NCBI GenBank assembly: GCA_964534995.1
Contig: CAZHSC010000003.1
Location: 4,252-68,251 of the forward strand
Direction: 5' to 3'
DNA: 64,000 nucleotides
DNA from: an uncultured Bifidobacterium sp.
Lineage (GTDB): Bacteria > Bacteroidota > Bacteroidia > AKYH767-A > OLB10
Positions within the stretch are counted from its first letter, which is position 1. Every line of letters begins with the position of its first letter. Shown here one piece after another: positions 48,779 through 58,827 of the stretch. The translations under genes were made by a program, and so were the position numbers. Under the pieces are notes generated by a model that ran no database searches, was not told the origin of the DNA, and was given only the letters and a program-made list of their open reading frames with translations.

Positions 48779-51700
48779 TTGCATGTCACACAACGGGCAT
48801 CCTTTAATGGTGGTGATGTCATTGGAGAGTCATTAAAACTGAGAGGAACTTATGCTTTCTTTCAGGGAACAGATTTTAATTGTACCTTAGATGTTGTGGT
48901 AGGACAAATAAAGTTTTCCGGCGGTACATTTGACCAGACCGGATCCTTTGAACAAAACGGCGGGGCCAGCGGTTGGGGTGAGGGCGGTTGCGTGTTTAAT
49001 GCTGAAGTAACTATTAAGAATACAGGAGCTACTTACCTGCGAATGGGAGAAAGTGAAGGAGATGTTTTTAATGATGTCGTTCATTTCTATTCTACCAACG
49101 TTTATGCGCTTCAATTGGCATATGGTGATACAACGATTTACAATAATGCTGTTTATTTAAATAGTACCGGAAATGGAGGAATATCATTTTGTGCAAGCCT
49201 GGATACAAATCATGTGGGTTATGCCCTTTTTGCACTGGAAGGAGAAATCCTTACCGGTAGCTCCGGATTTACTGCTGGTAATATTAATATGAAGCATCTT
49301 TTGTATGAATCCACCAATAGTGCAAACCTGACCGGTAGCGGTACCTCTACCCTTACCTTGAGCGAGAGTAATTTCGCCGGAAAAGTTAACTTTGCCTCCA
49401 CAAATATTTATGTAAAGACAACTGTATTCAATGATAGTACGCTGTTGGTGAGAAGCGGAGCCACATCATCTCAAAGTTGGTCAGGAGGTAATATTTTCAA
49501 AGGCGTTACTACGATTTCCAGTACTTTTTCGAGCAACACCAGTTATACATTTACACTGGCTTTAGATAGCGGTGATGTATTTGAGAAGGATGTGTATTTC
49601 AACACCCAAATTCTTACAATGAGAGTCGCATTTAAGGGAACCACTAAATTTTATGGAGATGTAAACATCAATAGCTCTAAAGTTGTATTCAATGCAGGAA
49701 GAGGTATTTTCATGTGCTCAGGAGAAATGAACCAAAGTATAGGCGGGAGTGCTGCTTATCTATTAGGGAAATTACACCTAAATAAGGAAGCGGGCAAGGT
49801 GGAAATGATGCGATCTTGTACCATTGATAGCAGTTTGACATTGAGTGGTGGCTTATTACAAACGGATTCTCTTATTTCTCTAAAATCTCCGGTGACTACA
49901 ACCGGCTCCTCTGCCAATAGTTTCATTGATGGCCCTGTGAAAAAAACCGGAAATTCAGCGTTTGTTTTCCCTATTGGAGATCAGGGCAAGTACCGGCCCT
50001 TAACTATATCTGCTCCATCACAGGCGACAGATGCTTTTTCTGCGCAGTACTTCTATAGCCCTCAGCAGGCAGGTACATCAACTGATACTACTATAGGGGA
50101 AATCAGTCCATGCAATTATTGGGATTTGCAACGCAAAACAGGCACCAGCAATGTCTATGTGACTTTGAGCTGGGATTCTATTGGCTGTTGCGTGCTGGAT
50201 TCTTCCAATATAAAAGTGATTAACTGGAATAATTCTGTCTGGAAGGATCTGGGCAAAGGTAGTCTTGGCGGCAATGCAAATACGGGTCAAATTACTTCAG
50301 CTATTGTTCCATATACTTATGGATTAATTACAATAGGGACAAATCCTATCATTATTAAAGATATCTTTCCTGTGGTAGATAGAAACAAAACTGATGAAGG
50401 CTGGTATCATTCTTTTGTTGCGGAAGACCCCATTTACGGCTACAATGGAAGCAATACCATTGAACCGGGAAAAAGTTGGCAGGATTATGCGAACGTAGAT
50501 CTCTTGAAAGAGAAAAATGTGAAGTCCTTACGAATACCTTCCGGCACCACTGCCAACTATTGGGATTGGAGGGAAGGATGGTTTTTAAAGGAGCATGAAC
50601 TCCCTGAGGGATGGTTGTACGAAAAGGAAAAATATAAAGCTGCCAACATCAGTGGAAATGAAATGATAAACATTAAACCACATGTAGATGAGTTGGGTGC
50701 TGCACCTGTTTATCTTTTTAACATGCTCACCTCCGATTTTCATTATCAATTGGCAAGTTTGTATAGAGCACATCAAATTAACTTGCCTGTAAAATTTGTA
50801 GAATTGGGCAATGAGTTTTATCTGAATGAAGCACACCATCGCAGTAAATTTCCAAACGCGAGTGACTATGCCGTAGCCTGCAATGACTGGACAAGTCAAT
50901 TAAAAGCTATAGCACCTTTTGCTGACGTGAAAGTGGCCGTGATTGGATGTGATGGTGGCGATGATTCACCGGGTAGAAGAAGATTATGGCTGGAGAGAGT
51001 GCTTGCCAACTTAGATCCGCAAGCCCAAATTGATGCTATAACTATTCATCAATATTATGGAAATGGATTAGGAAGTCAGCCTTTTAGTGGAAGTGCCGGT
51101 AGTCTTAAGACCATGCTTTCCCGGCCATTTAAAGAAATAGAACTGTTAATTGGTCATGAACTAAATCTCATCAATGACTTCAATGAAGGACCTCTTTCAG
51201 CATTTCCATTGAAAACCTGGATTACTGAGTTTAATTTACGCACCTCAGGTCATGGAAGCACGGGCACATGGGCACATGGCTTGTTTCATGCTGCAATGGC
51301 ATTGAGTTATCTGGAATCGCAAAATATCACATCGATTATTTCACATACTATGAGTAGTGATGTGCTTTTCGGAAATATTTTTGATTCAAATAATGGATTT
51401 GCCACTTATGCTCAAAATGGCAATTACCCACCCACGACCAAACAAAATGAATATACCGCTTTAGGAGCAGCTTTTAATCAAATTGCCAAAGCTGCCCGCT
51501 ATGCAACGGACGCATATAAAGTTGATTTTACCGGTATAGACGACCAGGATTTACCCTATCTCTATAATACAGGTGTTAATACCACTTCTGTAAGAGAGGT
51601 GTATGCCTGGCTCTTTGAAAGTGCTGCCGGCAATGAACTTATTGTGTTAAACCTGGGTGGTAATTCTTTTCATATGTATTTAGATGATATTTTTCAATCT

Positions 51701-52282
51701 GTCGGTCTTTCTACACACCCCATTCGTTATGAAAGGTTAATCAGTGTTGACATTACGGGCGGAATAACGGGAAGCCCTGTAACAAGTATTCCGCCAACTC
51801 CCGTTGGTTATGATAATTATTATCTGATTACGAGCAATGAACTTCCGGTTGCAACAAATTCAAACGGAACATTTGTTCCAATTTCAAATTACTCCCTAAC
51901 CCGCATCTCACAAAAACTTCCCGGATTTATTTTGAATGTTACGGATGATCATATTTGTACAAGTACCAGTACTGAACCCTCTACTACCTCAATAGTAATT
52001 ACCGGTGGTGTTTCTCCGTATACTATAGTTGAAACATCTCCTAATAGTAGTACAAGCTACTCCCAGCCCGATTCTGTTATAGCATTTACAGCACATCAAA
52101 CAAACACAGGAGTTTACACGATTACAGTTACCGATGCGAATAATTCAACTGCAACTGCAACGATTACAGTTGATACGCGTCCAATAGTTAATGTAACCTC
52201 CAATCCTACTTCAGGCAATTGCAATACATCATTCCAGTTAACAGCATCAATCAACCCGGCGCCTTCAAATTATGAGTATTAA
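48779..52282 (+). CDS. segment 2: parallel beta-helix repeats, clan GH-A TIM-barrel glycoside-hydrolase-like domain, Ig-like/SprB-type repeats
   Basis: The track start is a TTG codon. GH-A signatures RIPSGTTANYWDW, VKFVELGNEFYL (candidate acid/base Glu) and TWITEFNL (candidate nucleophile Glu). C-terminal Ig-like repeat (VITGGVSPYTIVETSP...YTITVTDANNSTATATITVD). Confidence 0.55.
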   Translation: MHVTQRASFNGGDVIGESLKLRGTYAFFQGTDFNCTLDVVVGQIKFSGGTFDQTGSFEQNGGASGWGEGGCVFNAEVTIKNTGATYLRMGESEGDVFNDVVHFYSTNVYALQLAYGDTTIYNNAVYLNSTGNGGISFCASLDTNHVGYALFALEGEILTGSSGFTAGNINMKHLLYESTNSANLTGSGTSTLTLSESNFAGKVNFASTNIYVKTTVFNDSTLLVRSGATSSQSWSGGNIFKGVTTISSTFSSNTSYTFTLALDSGDVFEKDVYFNTQILTMRVAFKGTTKFYGDVNINSSKVVFNAGRGIFMCSGEMNQSIGGSAAYLLGKLHLNKEAGKVEMMRSCTIDSSLTLSGGLLQTDSLISLKSPVTTTGSSANSFIDGPVKKTGNSAFVFPIGDQGKYRPLTISAPSQATDAFSAQYFYSPQQAGTSTDTTIGEISPCNYWDLQRKTGTSNVYVTLSWDSIGCCVLDSSNIKVINWNNSVWKDLGKGSLGGNANTGQITSAIVPYTYGLITIGTNPIIIKDIFPVVDRNKTDEGWYHSFVAEDPIYGYNGSNTIEPGKSWQDYANVDLLKEKNVKSLRIPSGTTANYWDWREGWFLKEHELPEGWLYEKEKYKAANISGNEMINIKPHVDELGAAPVYLFNMLTSDFHYQLASLYRAHQINLPVKFVELGNEFYLNEAHHRSKFPNASDYAVACNDWTSQLKAIAPFADVKVAVIGCDGGDDSPGRRRLWLERVLANLDPQAQIDAITIHQYYGNGLGSQPFSGSAGSLKTMLSRPFKEIELLIGHELNLINDFNEGPLSAFPLKTWITEFNLRTSGHGSTGTWAHGLFHAAMALSYLESQNITSIISHTMSSDVLFGNIFDSNNGFATYAQNGNYPPTTKQNEYTALGAAFNQIAKAARYATDAYKVDFTGIDDQDLPYLYNTGVNTTSVREVYAWLFESAAGNELIVLNLGGNSFHMYLDDIFQSVGLSTHPIRYERLISVDITGGITGSPVTSIPPTPVGYDNYYLITSNELPVATNSNGTFVPISNYSLTRISQKLPGFILNVTDDHICTSTSTEPSTTSIVITGGVSPYTIVETSPNSSTSYSQPDSVIAFTAHQTNTGVYTITVTDANNSTATATITVDTRPIVNVTSNPTSGNCNTSFQLTASINPAPSNYEY

Positions 52283-52309
52283 ACCTACTTATGGACACCT
52301 TCTACCGGA

Positions 52310-55300
52310 TTGGAAACATTTAACGGATCATGTAATCCGGGAGGAGTAACTCCAATGTGTTCTACTATTGTGGTAAACCCAGAGCAAACAACTTCCTATC
52401 AGGTGTATGTGTTTGATGGTACATGCTGGAGCCGGAGTAGTGAGTATGAGATACTGCGAGCACCCGTAAATCATGTGGATATTGGCGAAGATCTTACGGT
52501 TTGTTCAGATGGTGTTACTGGGCCAACTATTAAACTAAGCGCAATCCTTGATTCAGACCCAACCATAACTATTAGTGGAACTTATAATTGGACTATTTCC
52601 GGAACGTCCGGTAATATTCCTAATTGTTCCACGGATTGTGAAATACTATTACCTGCAACAATTGGGGAAACATATACAATAACGCTATCTCTTTTAGAAA
52701 GTGGATTTCCATGTTCAATTCCCGACGTAATGGAAGTTTATGTTACAGAATGTTGCGATTGTATATCAAATTCAATTTCTTTAAATCCAAGTCAAGGAAC
52801 GACAGTTGAAAATCATGTTTTCTCAAGCCAGCTTTCTCAACAAATGTTAAATCCATATTTCCTAAAAGCGAATGAAGATTTTGAGCCTATTTATGATATT
52901 AAAGGATGGATTCCCGTTGTTTATCCGAACACGTCTCAAACACCAAACAGCAATACCATTTGCATCAACGGAGATTTAATAATTGACCGGGATATAGCGT
53001 TTCGTGATGTCATTTTAAGGATGAATGAGAATAGTAAAATTAGAATTTTAGATGATCATTTACTCATTTTGCAAGGATGTAGTATTAAAAGTTGCGACAG
53101 AACTATTCCTGCTGCTATGTGGGATGGAATCGAAGCGGAAAGGTTACTTGATAAACGGGAACCTCGACTTTTTATTGACCAAAGTAGCACAAACAGAACC
53201 TCTATTTCTGAAGCTAAAAGTGCTATTTCTTTAAAAAACGGAGCAGAATACATCATTGAAAACACTGATTTCACCAATAATTATGTGGATATTGATGTGG
53301 CCGATTATGGGAATGTAATTCAACAAAACACTATTACCGGCACATCCAAAAAACTTTTCTCCGTCCACTCCAATACCTTTTCCAACTCGGTGGACCCGCT
53401 ACTTCCTCCTTATGATAATGTGCATAAATTCGCCGCCATCCGTCTGGATGATGTGGAGCGGTTTGTGTTAGGGGATTCAACCGACGAGGCTCACAGAAAT
53501 TCAATTAACAATTCAATTTATGGAATTCGTGCGATGAACTCCGGTTTTGAAGTATATAATACCGGGTTTAGTGATATAGAAAATTTAGATAATTGGTCAA
53601 CGAAAACATTGGCCGGAAGCGCGATTTATGGAGATGGCTTTAACGATGGTGCGGATAGAAATGTGTTGATTGGAGCTACGACAGCGGGTACAGGATTCAG
53701 AAATGTTTTTAATTCATCTGTGAATGGTATTGTTTCGGTTGGAGAAACGAACTTGAAGGTGTTTAATAATGAATTTGGTAGTGGTAGTACCAATGAACGA
53801 CTTGTGAATTATGGAATATGGACACATGGTAGTAATAAAAAATCTGTTTATATCACTCGCGGAAATGAGTTTTATGATTACTATGTTGGCATCAGGAGTT
53901 TTGGGATTCATCCGGATGGTATCTATCATATAGGATTTAATAATTTTTTCAACGCCTATATCCCAAATTGGAGTGTAGTGAATTCTTTTCAGGGTACAGC
54001 TATTCATATGTCGAATAGTTATGTACCACCATCTTTTATTGGTCAATCAGAAGTTCCTCCAATTAATATTTACAACAATGAAATTGGACAAATAAATGAT
54101 GAAGCTGAAATTGAACCAAGAATAGGGATTTTCACCTCTAATATTTATCAACCTATCATCCAAAACAACAATATTTATTATTTCAGAGCAGCACAGGTGT
54201 CTAAACCGCATAGCATTGGTATCTGGGCACAAAACTGTATTGCACCAAGAGTAGCAGGGAATTTAATTTTGGAGCACCAAAATATTAATCAAGGTTATGG
54301 TGCTAACCTCATTGGTATGAAGTTCGACCGAAATATTAATCCTTGTATTGGCAGCCAAAGTATTACAGAAAATTTAGGCTATGGAGTAAGTTTTTGGGAC
54401 AATAACGGTCAGGTGACCTTATCTACCAATCAATTTACAAACTGCGACCATGGCGTAAATTTAGACTGGGCAGAAATCGGCACACAAGGTGACCCCGACC
54501 GAACCGATGATAATGAATGGGTCGATCGAAGTGTTAGTCCGGTTCTGAACCGCGTGAATGGTCTTACTCAAAGTAATCTTCCAATTACCTGGTATTATCA
54601 ACCTACACCAAATGCATTTTCGCCACTGCCGAGTACGATTGTCGACGATCAAGACATTAATCCTAATCTACCAATTTTAGATTGTCCAATTATTCAAAAT
54701 GTTGCCCCTCGCAATCAGACTTTTGGATATGTTATTGGCGACTCCGCCCGATATGAAGAGAACTATCAGAGTAGTTTCAGCTACAGTGCAAAAATGATAA
54801 CCTACAAAATTTTAAAACGGGACAACTCGCTCATGGAAATGGAAGATGAGACGGATGAATCGTTTATAGATTTTTACAATGCTATGAGTCAAAGCAATAT
54901 AGAAAAATACGATTCCGTTGCGCTTTTAATTACACAGGGCGAATTTGCTGTTGCTGCTGCATTACTGGCAGGTATTGAAGATACCAATGACCAGGAAACT
55001 TACCTTACAAATTTTTATACACTCTACCTTACAAAAATTGCGTATGATTCCTTGTTAAGTAATGCGGATAGTTCGTTGCTAATTGAAATAGCCTATTCTC
55101 ATTCACTATTGTATGGAGATGCAGTATACCTGGCCCGTAACACTCTGTTTCTTGAAATTCATGATGAAACACTTGAAAGCAATTTAAGAAGAGCTTTTAT
55201 TAGTAAACTTCCTGAGAATAATAATTTATCAACTCAACCCAATCCTGCGTCTTTACTAACTCAAGTAAGGCTGAACGATGAAGAATATTCCGGTAGAGTG

Positions 55301-55453
55301 CAGTTGCTAGATGGACATGTTCAGTTGATAATAGATCGTAACCTCCAAAATGGATGGTTAGATGTAAAGAATTTGAATCCGGGAATTTACTTTATAAAAA
55401 CGTTTGGTGAAGGAACTTCACCGTTATTGTGTAAGCTTGTAATTATCCGATGA
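52310..55453 (+). CDS. segment 3: Ig-like repeat continuation, right-handed beta-helix region and T9SS C-terminal sorting domain
   Basis: Begins inside a YxYxWxPxxGL-type repeat (TYLWTPSTGLETFNGSCNPGG...TTSYQVYVFD). Long beta-helix-like repeats. Sorting domain at the end (PNPASLLTQVRLNDEEYSGRVQLLDGHVQLII...GIYFIKTFGEGTSPLLCKLVII). Confidence 0.55.
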   Translation: METFNGSCNPGGVTPMCSTIVVNPEQTTSYQVYVFDGTCWSRSSEYEILRAPVNHVDIGEDLTVCSDGVTGPTIKLSAILDSDPTITISGTYNWTISGTSGNIPNCSTDCEILLPATIGETYTITLSLLESGFPCSIPDVMEVYVTECCDCISNSISLNPSQGTTVENHVFSSQLSQQMLNPYFLKANEDFEPIYDIKGWIPVVYPNTSQTPNSNTICINGDLIIDRDIAFRDVILRMNENSKIRILDDHLLILQGCSIKSCDRTIPAAMWDGIEAERLLDKREPRLFIDQSSTNRTSISEAKSAISLKNGAEYIIENTDFTNNYVDIDVADYGNVIQQNTITGTSKKLFSVHSNTFSNSVDPLLPPYDNVHKFAAIRLDDVERFVLGDSTDEAHRNSINNSIYGIRAMNSGFEVYNTGFSDIENLDNWSTKTLAGSAIYGDGFNDGADRNVLIGATTAGTGFRNVFNSSVNGIVSVGETNLKVFNNEFGSGSTNERLVNYGIWTHGSNKKSVYITRGNEFYDYYVGIRSFGIHPDGIYHIGFNNFFNAYIPNWSVVNSFQGTAIHMSNSYVPPSFIGQSEVPPINIYNNEIGQINDEAEIEPRIGIFTSNIYQPIIQNNNIYYFRAAQVSKPHSIGIWAQNCIAPRVAGNLILEHQNINQGYGANLIGMKFDRNINPCIGSQSITENLGYGVSFWDNNGQVTLSTNQFTNCDHGVNLDWAEIGTQGDPDRTDDNEWVDRSVSPVLNRVNGLTQSNLPITWYYQPTPNAFSPLPSTIVDDQDINPNLPILDCPIIQNVAPRNQTFGYVIGDSARYEENYQSSFSYSAKMITYKILKRDNSLMEMEDETDESFIDFYNAMSQSNIEKYDSVALLITQGEFAVAAALLAGIEDTNDQETYLTNFYTLYLTKIAYDSLLSNADSSLLIEIAYSHSLLYGDAVYLARNTLFLEIHDETLESNLRRAFISKLPENNNLSTQPNPASLLTQVRLNDEEYSGRVQLLDGHVQLIIDRNLQNGWLDVKNLNPGIYFIKTFGEGTSPLLCKLVIIR

Positions 55454-55461
55454 CATAGACA

Positions 55462-56985
55462 ATGAAAAGTGTAGCCGTACTTGCTTTCTTTCTTTTTACT
55501 ACCATTTCTTTGTATGCGCAAAAATACAAAGGGAATGTATGGTGTTTTGGGGATTCAGCTGGAATTGACTGGGCAAATCCTAATTCTCCAATATTTTTTA
55601 GATCGATGATGCATGGAAGGAGTGGCACGGCAAGTATTAGCGATAGTAGTGGGAATTTAATATTATATTCTGGTTATAAGCGTGAACCAGCAAATAATCG
55701 TGGATGGATATTAAATAAATTCCATCAATTAGTACCCAATGGTGACACGTTGTATTTTCAAGATTGGTATCATTCTGTCATCCTTCTTCCAAGTGTAAAT
55801 GATTCAATAATTTATTTGTTTTCAGTTAGTGTTACAAATATTCAAACCTATGGCCTTTATTACAGCACGGTCAATTACAAAGCTAATAGTGATTCCGGAA
55901 TTGTTACACAAAAAAATATCCAGTTAAACAACCTTCCGGCATTTGATGGATTGGCTACTGTCAGGCATGGAAACGGACTGGATTGGTGGGTAATATTTAA
56001 GGATTATGACCCTACACCGCCTTACACTTTAAGCAGTAAATTTTATATCTATTTGGTCGATGCAAATGGGCCCGCACTTCATCATACCCAGACGGTCGGA
56101 ACTGTTTTTAATGATGGAGGAGGGCATTCACTTTTTAATACAGATGGCTCTAAATTTTACTTGTGTACTTGGGGAGGTGCCATTGAATATTTTGATTTTA
56201 ACAGATGCAATGGTTATTTTTCAAATCCAACAGTAATTGAACCAACAAGAAGCGCTCAACCTTATCCTTATTATAACTCATTGGCTTTATCTCCTGATGA
56301 AACAAAGCTGTATGTGTCTGCATATTCTCAATACAACTCATTAGGCGGTACCGATTCTTTGTACCAGTTTGATTTAACAGCGGCTAATATTTCTGTCAGT
56401 AAAACACATATTTATGGCGCACCAAATACTTATGTTGGACTTGGAGCATTAAGAAAGGCTCCTGATGATAATATATACTTAGCTGCTACTTATTTAAATT
56501 ATTACCCGTATCAGGACACTTCTTACAACGTTTATAACACCCACCTTTCCGTCATCAACCAACCCGATTCACTCGGCCTTGCCTGCGATTTTCAACCCTT
56601 CAGCTTTTACCTCGGGGGTGCCAGAACATATAACGGCCTTCCCAACAATCCCGATTACGAACTCGGCGCCTGGGTGGGTTCTCCTTGCGATACGCTGAGT
56701 GTGGGTGTGGATGATTTTCAACCCCCAAAGCAAACGTTTTTTCAAGCCTGGTATAATAGTGAGTGGAATATGATTCACGTAAACGCCTCTAAACTTAAAG
56801 GTAGAACGGGAAGTTTGCGCTTGTTTGATATGGAGGGGAGGTTGGTGTATGAGAAAAAAATTGAGGTGAAAGCGGGAGGGTATGTAACGGGAGAGATACC
56901 GATGAATGCGGTCGTGAATGGAGTTTATCTTGTCAATTTAATAACTGATTCGGAAAGTGTTTCGTCTAAGATTGTTAAATTTTAG
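55462..56985 (+). CDS. secreted beta-propeller (lactonase-like) protein with T9SS C-terminal sorting domain
   Basis: Signal peptide. Propeller-blade motifs (SPDETKLYVSAYS, FNTDGSKFYLCTW). Sorting domain (GSLRLFDMEGRLVYEKKIEVKAGGYVTGEIP...GVYLVNLITDSESVSSKIVKF). Confidence 0.6.
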   Translation: MKSVAVLAFFLFTTISLYAQKYKGNVWCFGDSAGIDWANPNSPIFFRSMMHGRSGTASISDSSGNLILYSGYKREPANNRGWILNKFHQLVPNGDTLYFQDWYHSVILLPSVNDSIIYLFSVSVTNIQTYGLYYSTVNYKANSDSGIVTQKNIQLNNLPAFDGLATVRHGNGLDWWVIFKDYDPTPPYTLSSKFYIYLVDANGPALHHTQTVGTVFNDGGGHSLFNTDGSKFYLCTWGGAIEYFDFNRCNGYFSNPTVIEPTRSAQPYPYYNSLALSPDETKLYVSAYSQYNSLGGTDSLYQFDLTAANISVSKTHIYGAPNTYVGLGALRKAPDDNIYLAATYLNYYPYQDTSYNVYNTHLSVINQPDSLGLACDFQPFSFYLGGARTYNGLPNNPDYELGAWVGSPCDTLSVGVDDFQPPKQTFFQAWYNSEWNMIHVNASKLKGRTGSLRLFDMEGRLVYEKKIEVKAGGYVTGEIPMNAVVNGVYLVNLITDSESVSSKIVKF

Positions 56986-57019
56986 GTGAGAAACAATTTT
57001 AGTTGACAATAGTATTTTT

Positions 57020-57290
57020 TGCTGCTTGCTTCTGGCTTCTGGCTGCTCGCTATTTTTATTTTAAGAATTATACGTTAGAATTAATTTGACTGCGCCTCTT
57101 AAAAACTCTGCGTCTCAGCGACCTCTGCGTGAAACCATTGATGTTGCTTTCCATTCGAAAAAAATAGATTAACGAAGAAAAATTAATTATGATTTTAGTT
57201 GCATAAAAATCTTCGTCTTGATGTAAATTATCCTTTTTACCACGGAGTCACAGAGAATTCACGGAGCAACACGGAGGAGTTTTCATATCA
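57020..57290. repeat. AT-rich intergenic region with short tandem oligo-repeats
   Basis: GCTTCTG x2 plus GCTGCT. CTCTGCGT x2. CACGGAG x3 at roughly 10-nt spacing. CATTAATTC x2. Lies between convergent genes. Confidence 0.3.
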
Positions 57291-57349
57291 CAAGAATTCT
57301 AAACACTTAAAAACAATCATCAACTCATTAATTCAATAATTCATTAATT

Positions 57350-58576
57350 CTATTTTGGTGCAATATATTTTTTTTGCCTCCCTCGGTGGTTGATGTCAAA
57401 GAGCAAGGTGCCCATCACTGCTGTTAATCCATCGGAACGTTGATACCATGCCAGGCGCAAACCAATGCCTTTTGTGAAGTACTTGCGTTGTTTTTTTTGC
57501 TGAGGCAGGAAGTAAAACTCCAGTCCGGCTTTGATGGCATTGAATGCAGAGAGGTCGAAATCGGAAGTATAAAAATGGGCTGCGGGAAGATGTGCTGCTT
57601 TGGTGTTGAAATAATGCGATGCACTTTGCGTGTAGAGGCGGAGGAATGGTCCGGCGTAGAATCGGTTGGTGAACTTATAGCTGAGTTCTTCTTCAAAAGT
57701 GAGGGCCTGGATACCAAAATTATCGGAGTAAAATCCAAACTCACTGCGCAGAATACTTCTCTTGCCGGCAAACCAGGTGTTGTGGAGGCTTGTACCATAT
57801 TTCCACCGTTCATTCGGTAGTTTTTCTACCCGAAGGTCGCCGTCGTTGAAGTACACCCGGTGAAAGGGCGTACTGAGTAATCCCCGCTGATAACTGACCA
57901 AGGGAAGTACACGCATCTGCATCCTTCTGTTGATGATGAAGGAATAGGCCGCCTGAAAATTGTATGATTGTCGCTTGTTTTCAGTAGACCATTCTTTGTA
58001 GCGTAGCCCGGCAGGATATATCAGTCGGACAGCTTTATAGTAATCTGGATTCAATCGTCCCCAGCGGAGATCATCAAAGGAAGCGTCGAAGTAAAGGAGG
58101 AGTTGCCTCCCGCTGCTGTCTTTTTTCGTCGCGTAGCTCACCCGCAGTGGAATTGCCAGATAATCCGATTCGATGGAGATCCCCGTCCCAATGGCCAACG
58201 ATTGCTCTTGTTCGCCTTTGCGTATAAGGGTACCGTTAGCATGGACTCTTCTATCTACCCTGGAGGCGGAGGAAATGACATAATCAATATTGTCGGTGGA
58301 TGCGGAGGTGATGATATCAACACCTGCCTTCCAGTTCAGCGAGAATTGGCTTCCAATGGCATGCGTAAGCTGAAGGCTCGTGGCCTGTACGTTGAGTTTT
58401 TCGGTGCCGGCACCTCCCGTTACCGCGCTATGTGAACCCTCCTGAAAATAGGTAGAGTAGAGGGCTTTGATTTCGGTGGGATCAATATTTTTAAACCGAT
58501 AGAGGCTGTCACGCACCTGCGCTTTGCCTGAAATACCAAGGCAAATCATTCCGGCGATGATGATTTTCTTCCTCAT
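57350..58576 (-). CDS. DUF3570-family outer-membrane beta-barrel protein
   Basis: 408 aa with a signal peptide, which is the typical DUF3570 length. Beta-barrel-like alternating pattern. Last gene of the trx-apbE-DUF4266-DUF3570 operon. Confidence 0.6.
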   Translation of the reverse strand: MRKKIIIAGMICLGISGKAQVRDSLYRFKNIDPTEIKALYSTYFQEGSHSAVTGGAGTEKLNVQATSLQLTHAIGSQFSLNWKAGVDIITSASTDNIDYVISSASRVDRRVHANGTLIRKGEQEQSLAIGTGISIESDYLAIPLRVSYATKKDSSGRQLLLYFDASFDDLRWGRLNPDYYKAVRLIYPAGLRYKEWSTENKRQSYNFQAAYSFIINRRMQMRVLPLVSYQRGLLSTPFHRVYFNDGDLRVEKLPNERWKYGTSLHNTWFAGKRSILRSEFGFYSDNFGIQALTFEEELSYKFTNRFYAGPFLRLYTQSASHYFNTKAAHLPAAHFYTSDFDLSAFNAIKAGLEFYFLPQQKKQRKYFTKGIGLRLAWYQRSDGLTAVMGTLLFDINHRGRQKKYIAPK

Positions 58577-58578
58577 GT

Positions 58579-58827
58579 TCAGTTGCAGCCGCAGCCCCCG
58601 CTCGTTTTTTCTCCTCCCGGAAAAATGGCACCTTCACGGATACTTTCGAAATAATCTTCAAAGGCCCTGATGGGTTTCCCGTTAATCTCCATGGCACGAT
58701 CGTTCAGGTAAGCGCGTTGGTAAGGCTTCACTGTCTGACAACCATTCAGAAACAGGAGTATCCCTGTCGCCGAAAGGAGCAAAGGCACTTTATGCCGGAA
58801 GATTGGTGTACACCTGATTGTTTTCAT
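58579..58827 (-). CDS. DUF4266-family small lipoprotein (C-terminal GGCGCN)
   Basis: Lipobox (LLFLNGCQT). About 60-aa mature domain ending in the Cys-Gly-Cys motif SGGCGCN. The N-terminus overlaps the apbE 3' end, so the true start is probably the internal Met. Confidence 0.55.
   Translation of the reverse strand: MKTIRCTPIFRHKVPLLLSATGILLFLNGCQTVKPYQRAYLNDRAMEINGKPIRAFEDYFESIREGAIFPGGEKTSGGCGCN

Larger units (their letters stand above)
48482..55453 (+). pseudogene. giant (about 2,320 codon) T9SS-cargo beta-helix / clan GH-A glycoside hydrolase / Ig-like repeat protein interrupted by two in-frame TAA codons
   Basis: ORFs 48482..48748, 48779..52282 and 52310..55453 share one frame. They are separated only by TAA at 48746..48748 and TAA at 52280..52282, and both stops fall inside conserved repeats. 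The first ORF carries the signal peptide. The last carries the T9SS type-A sorting domain. Confidence 0.55.

Noticed and set aside
48746-52282. Possible stop-codon reassignment (TAA/TAG read as sense) to explain the three in-frame interruptions.
   Set aside because: Clearly conserved genes in the same window terminate with TAA (for example 6041..6043) and TGA (purL, 12725..12727). Genome-wide reassignment is therefore not supported. Local pseudogenisation or sequence error is more parsimonious.
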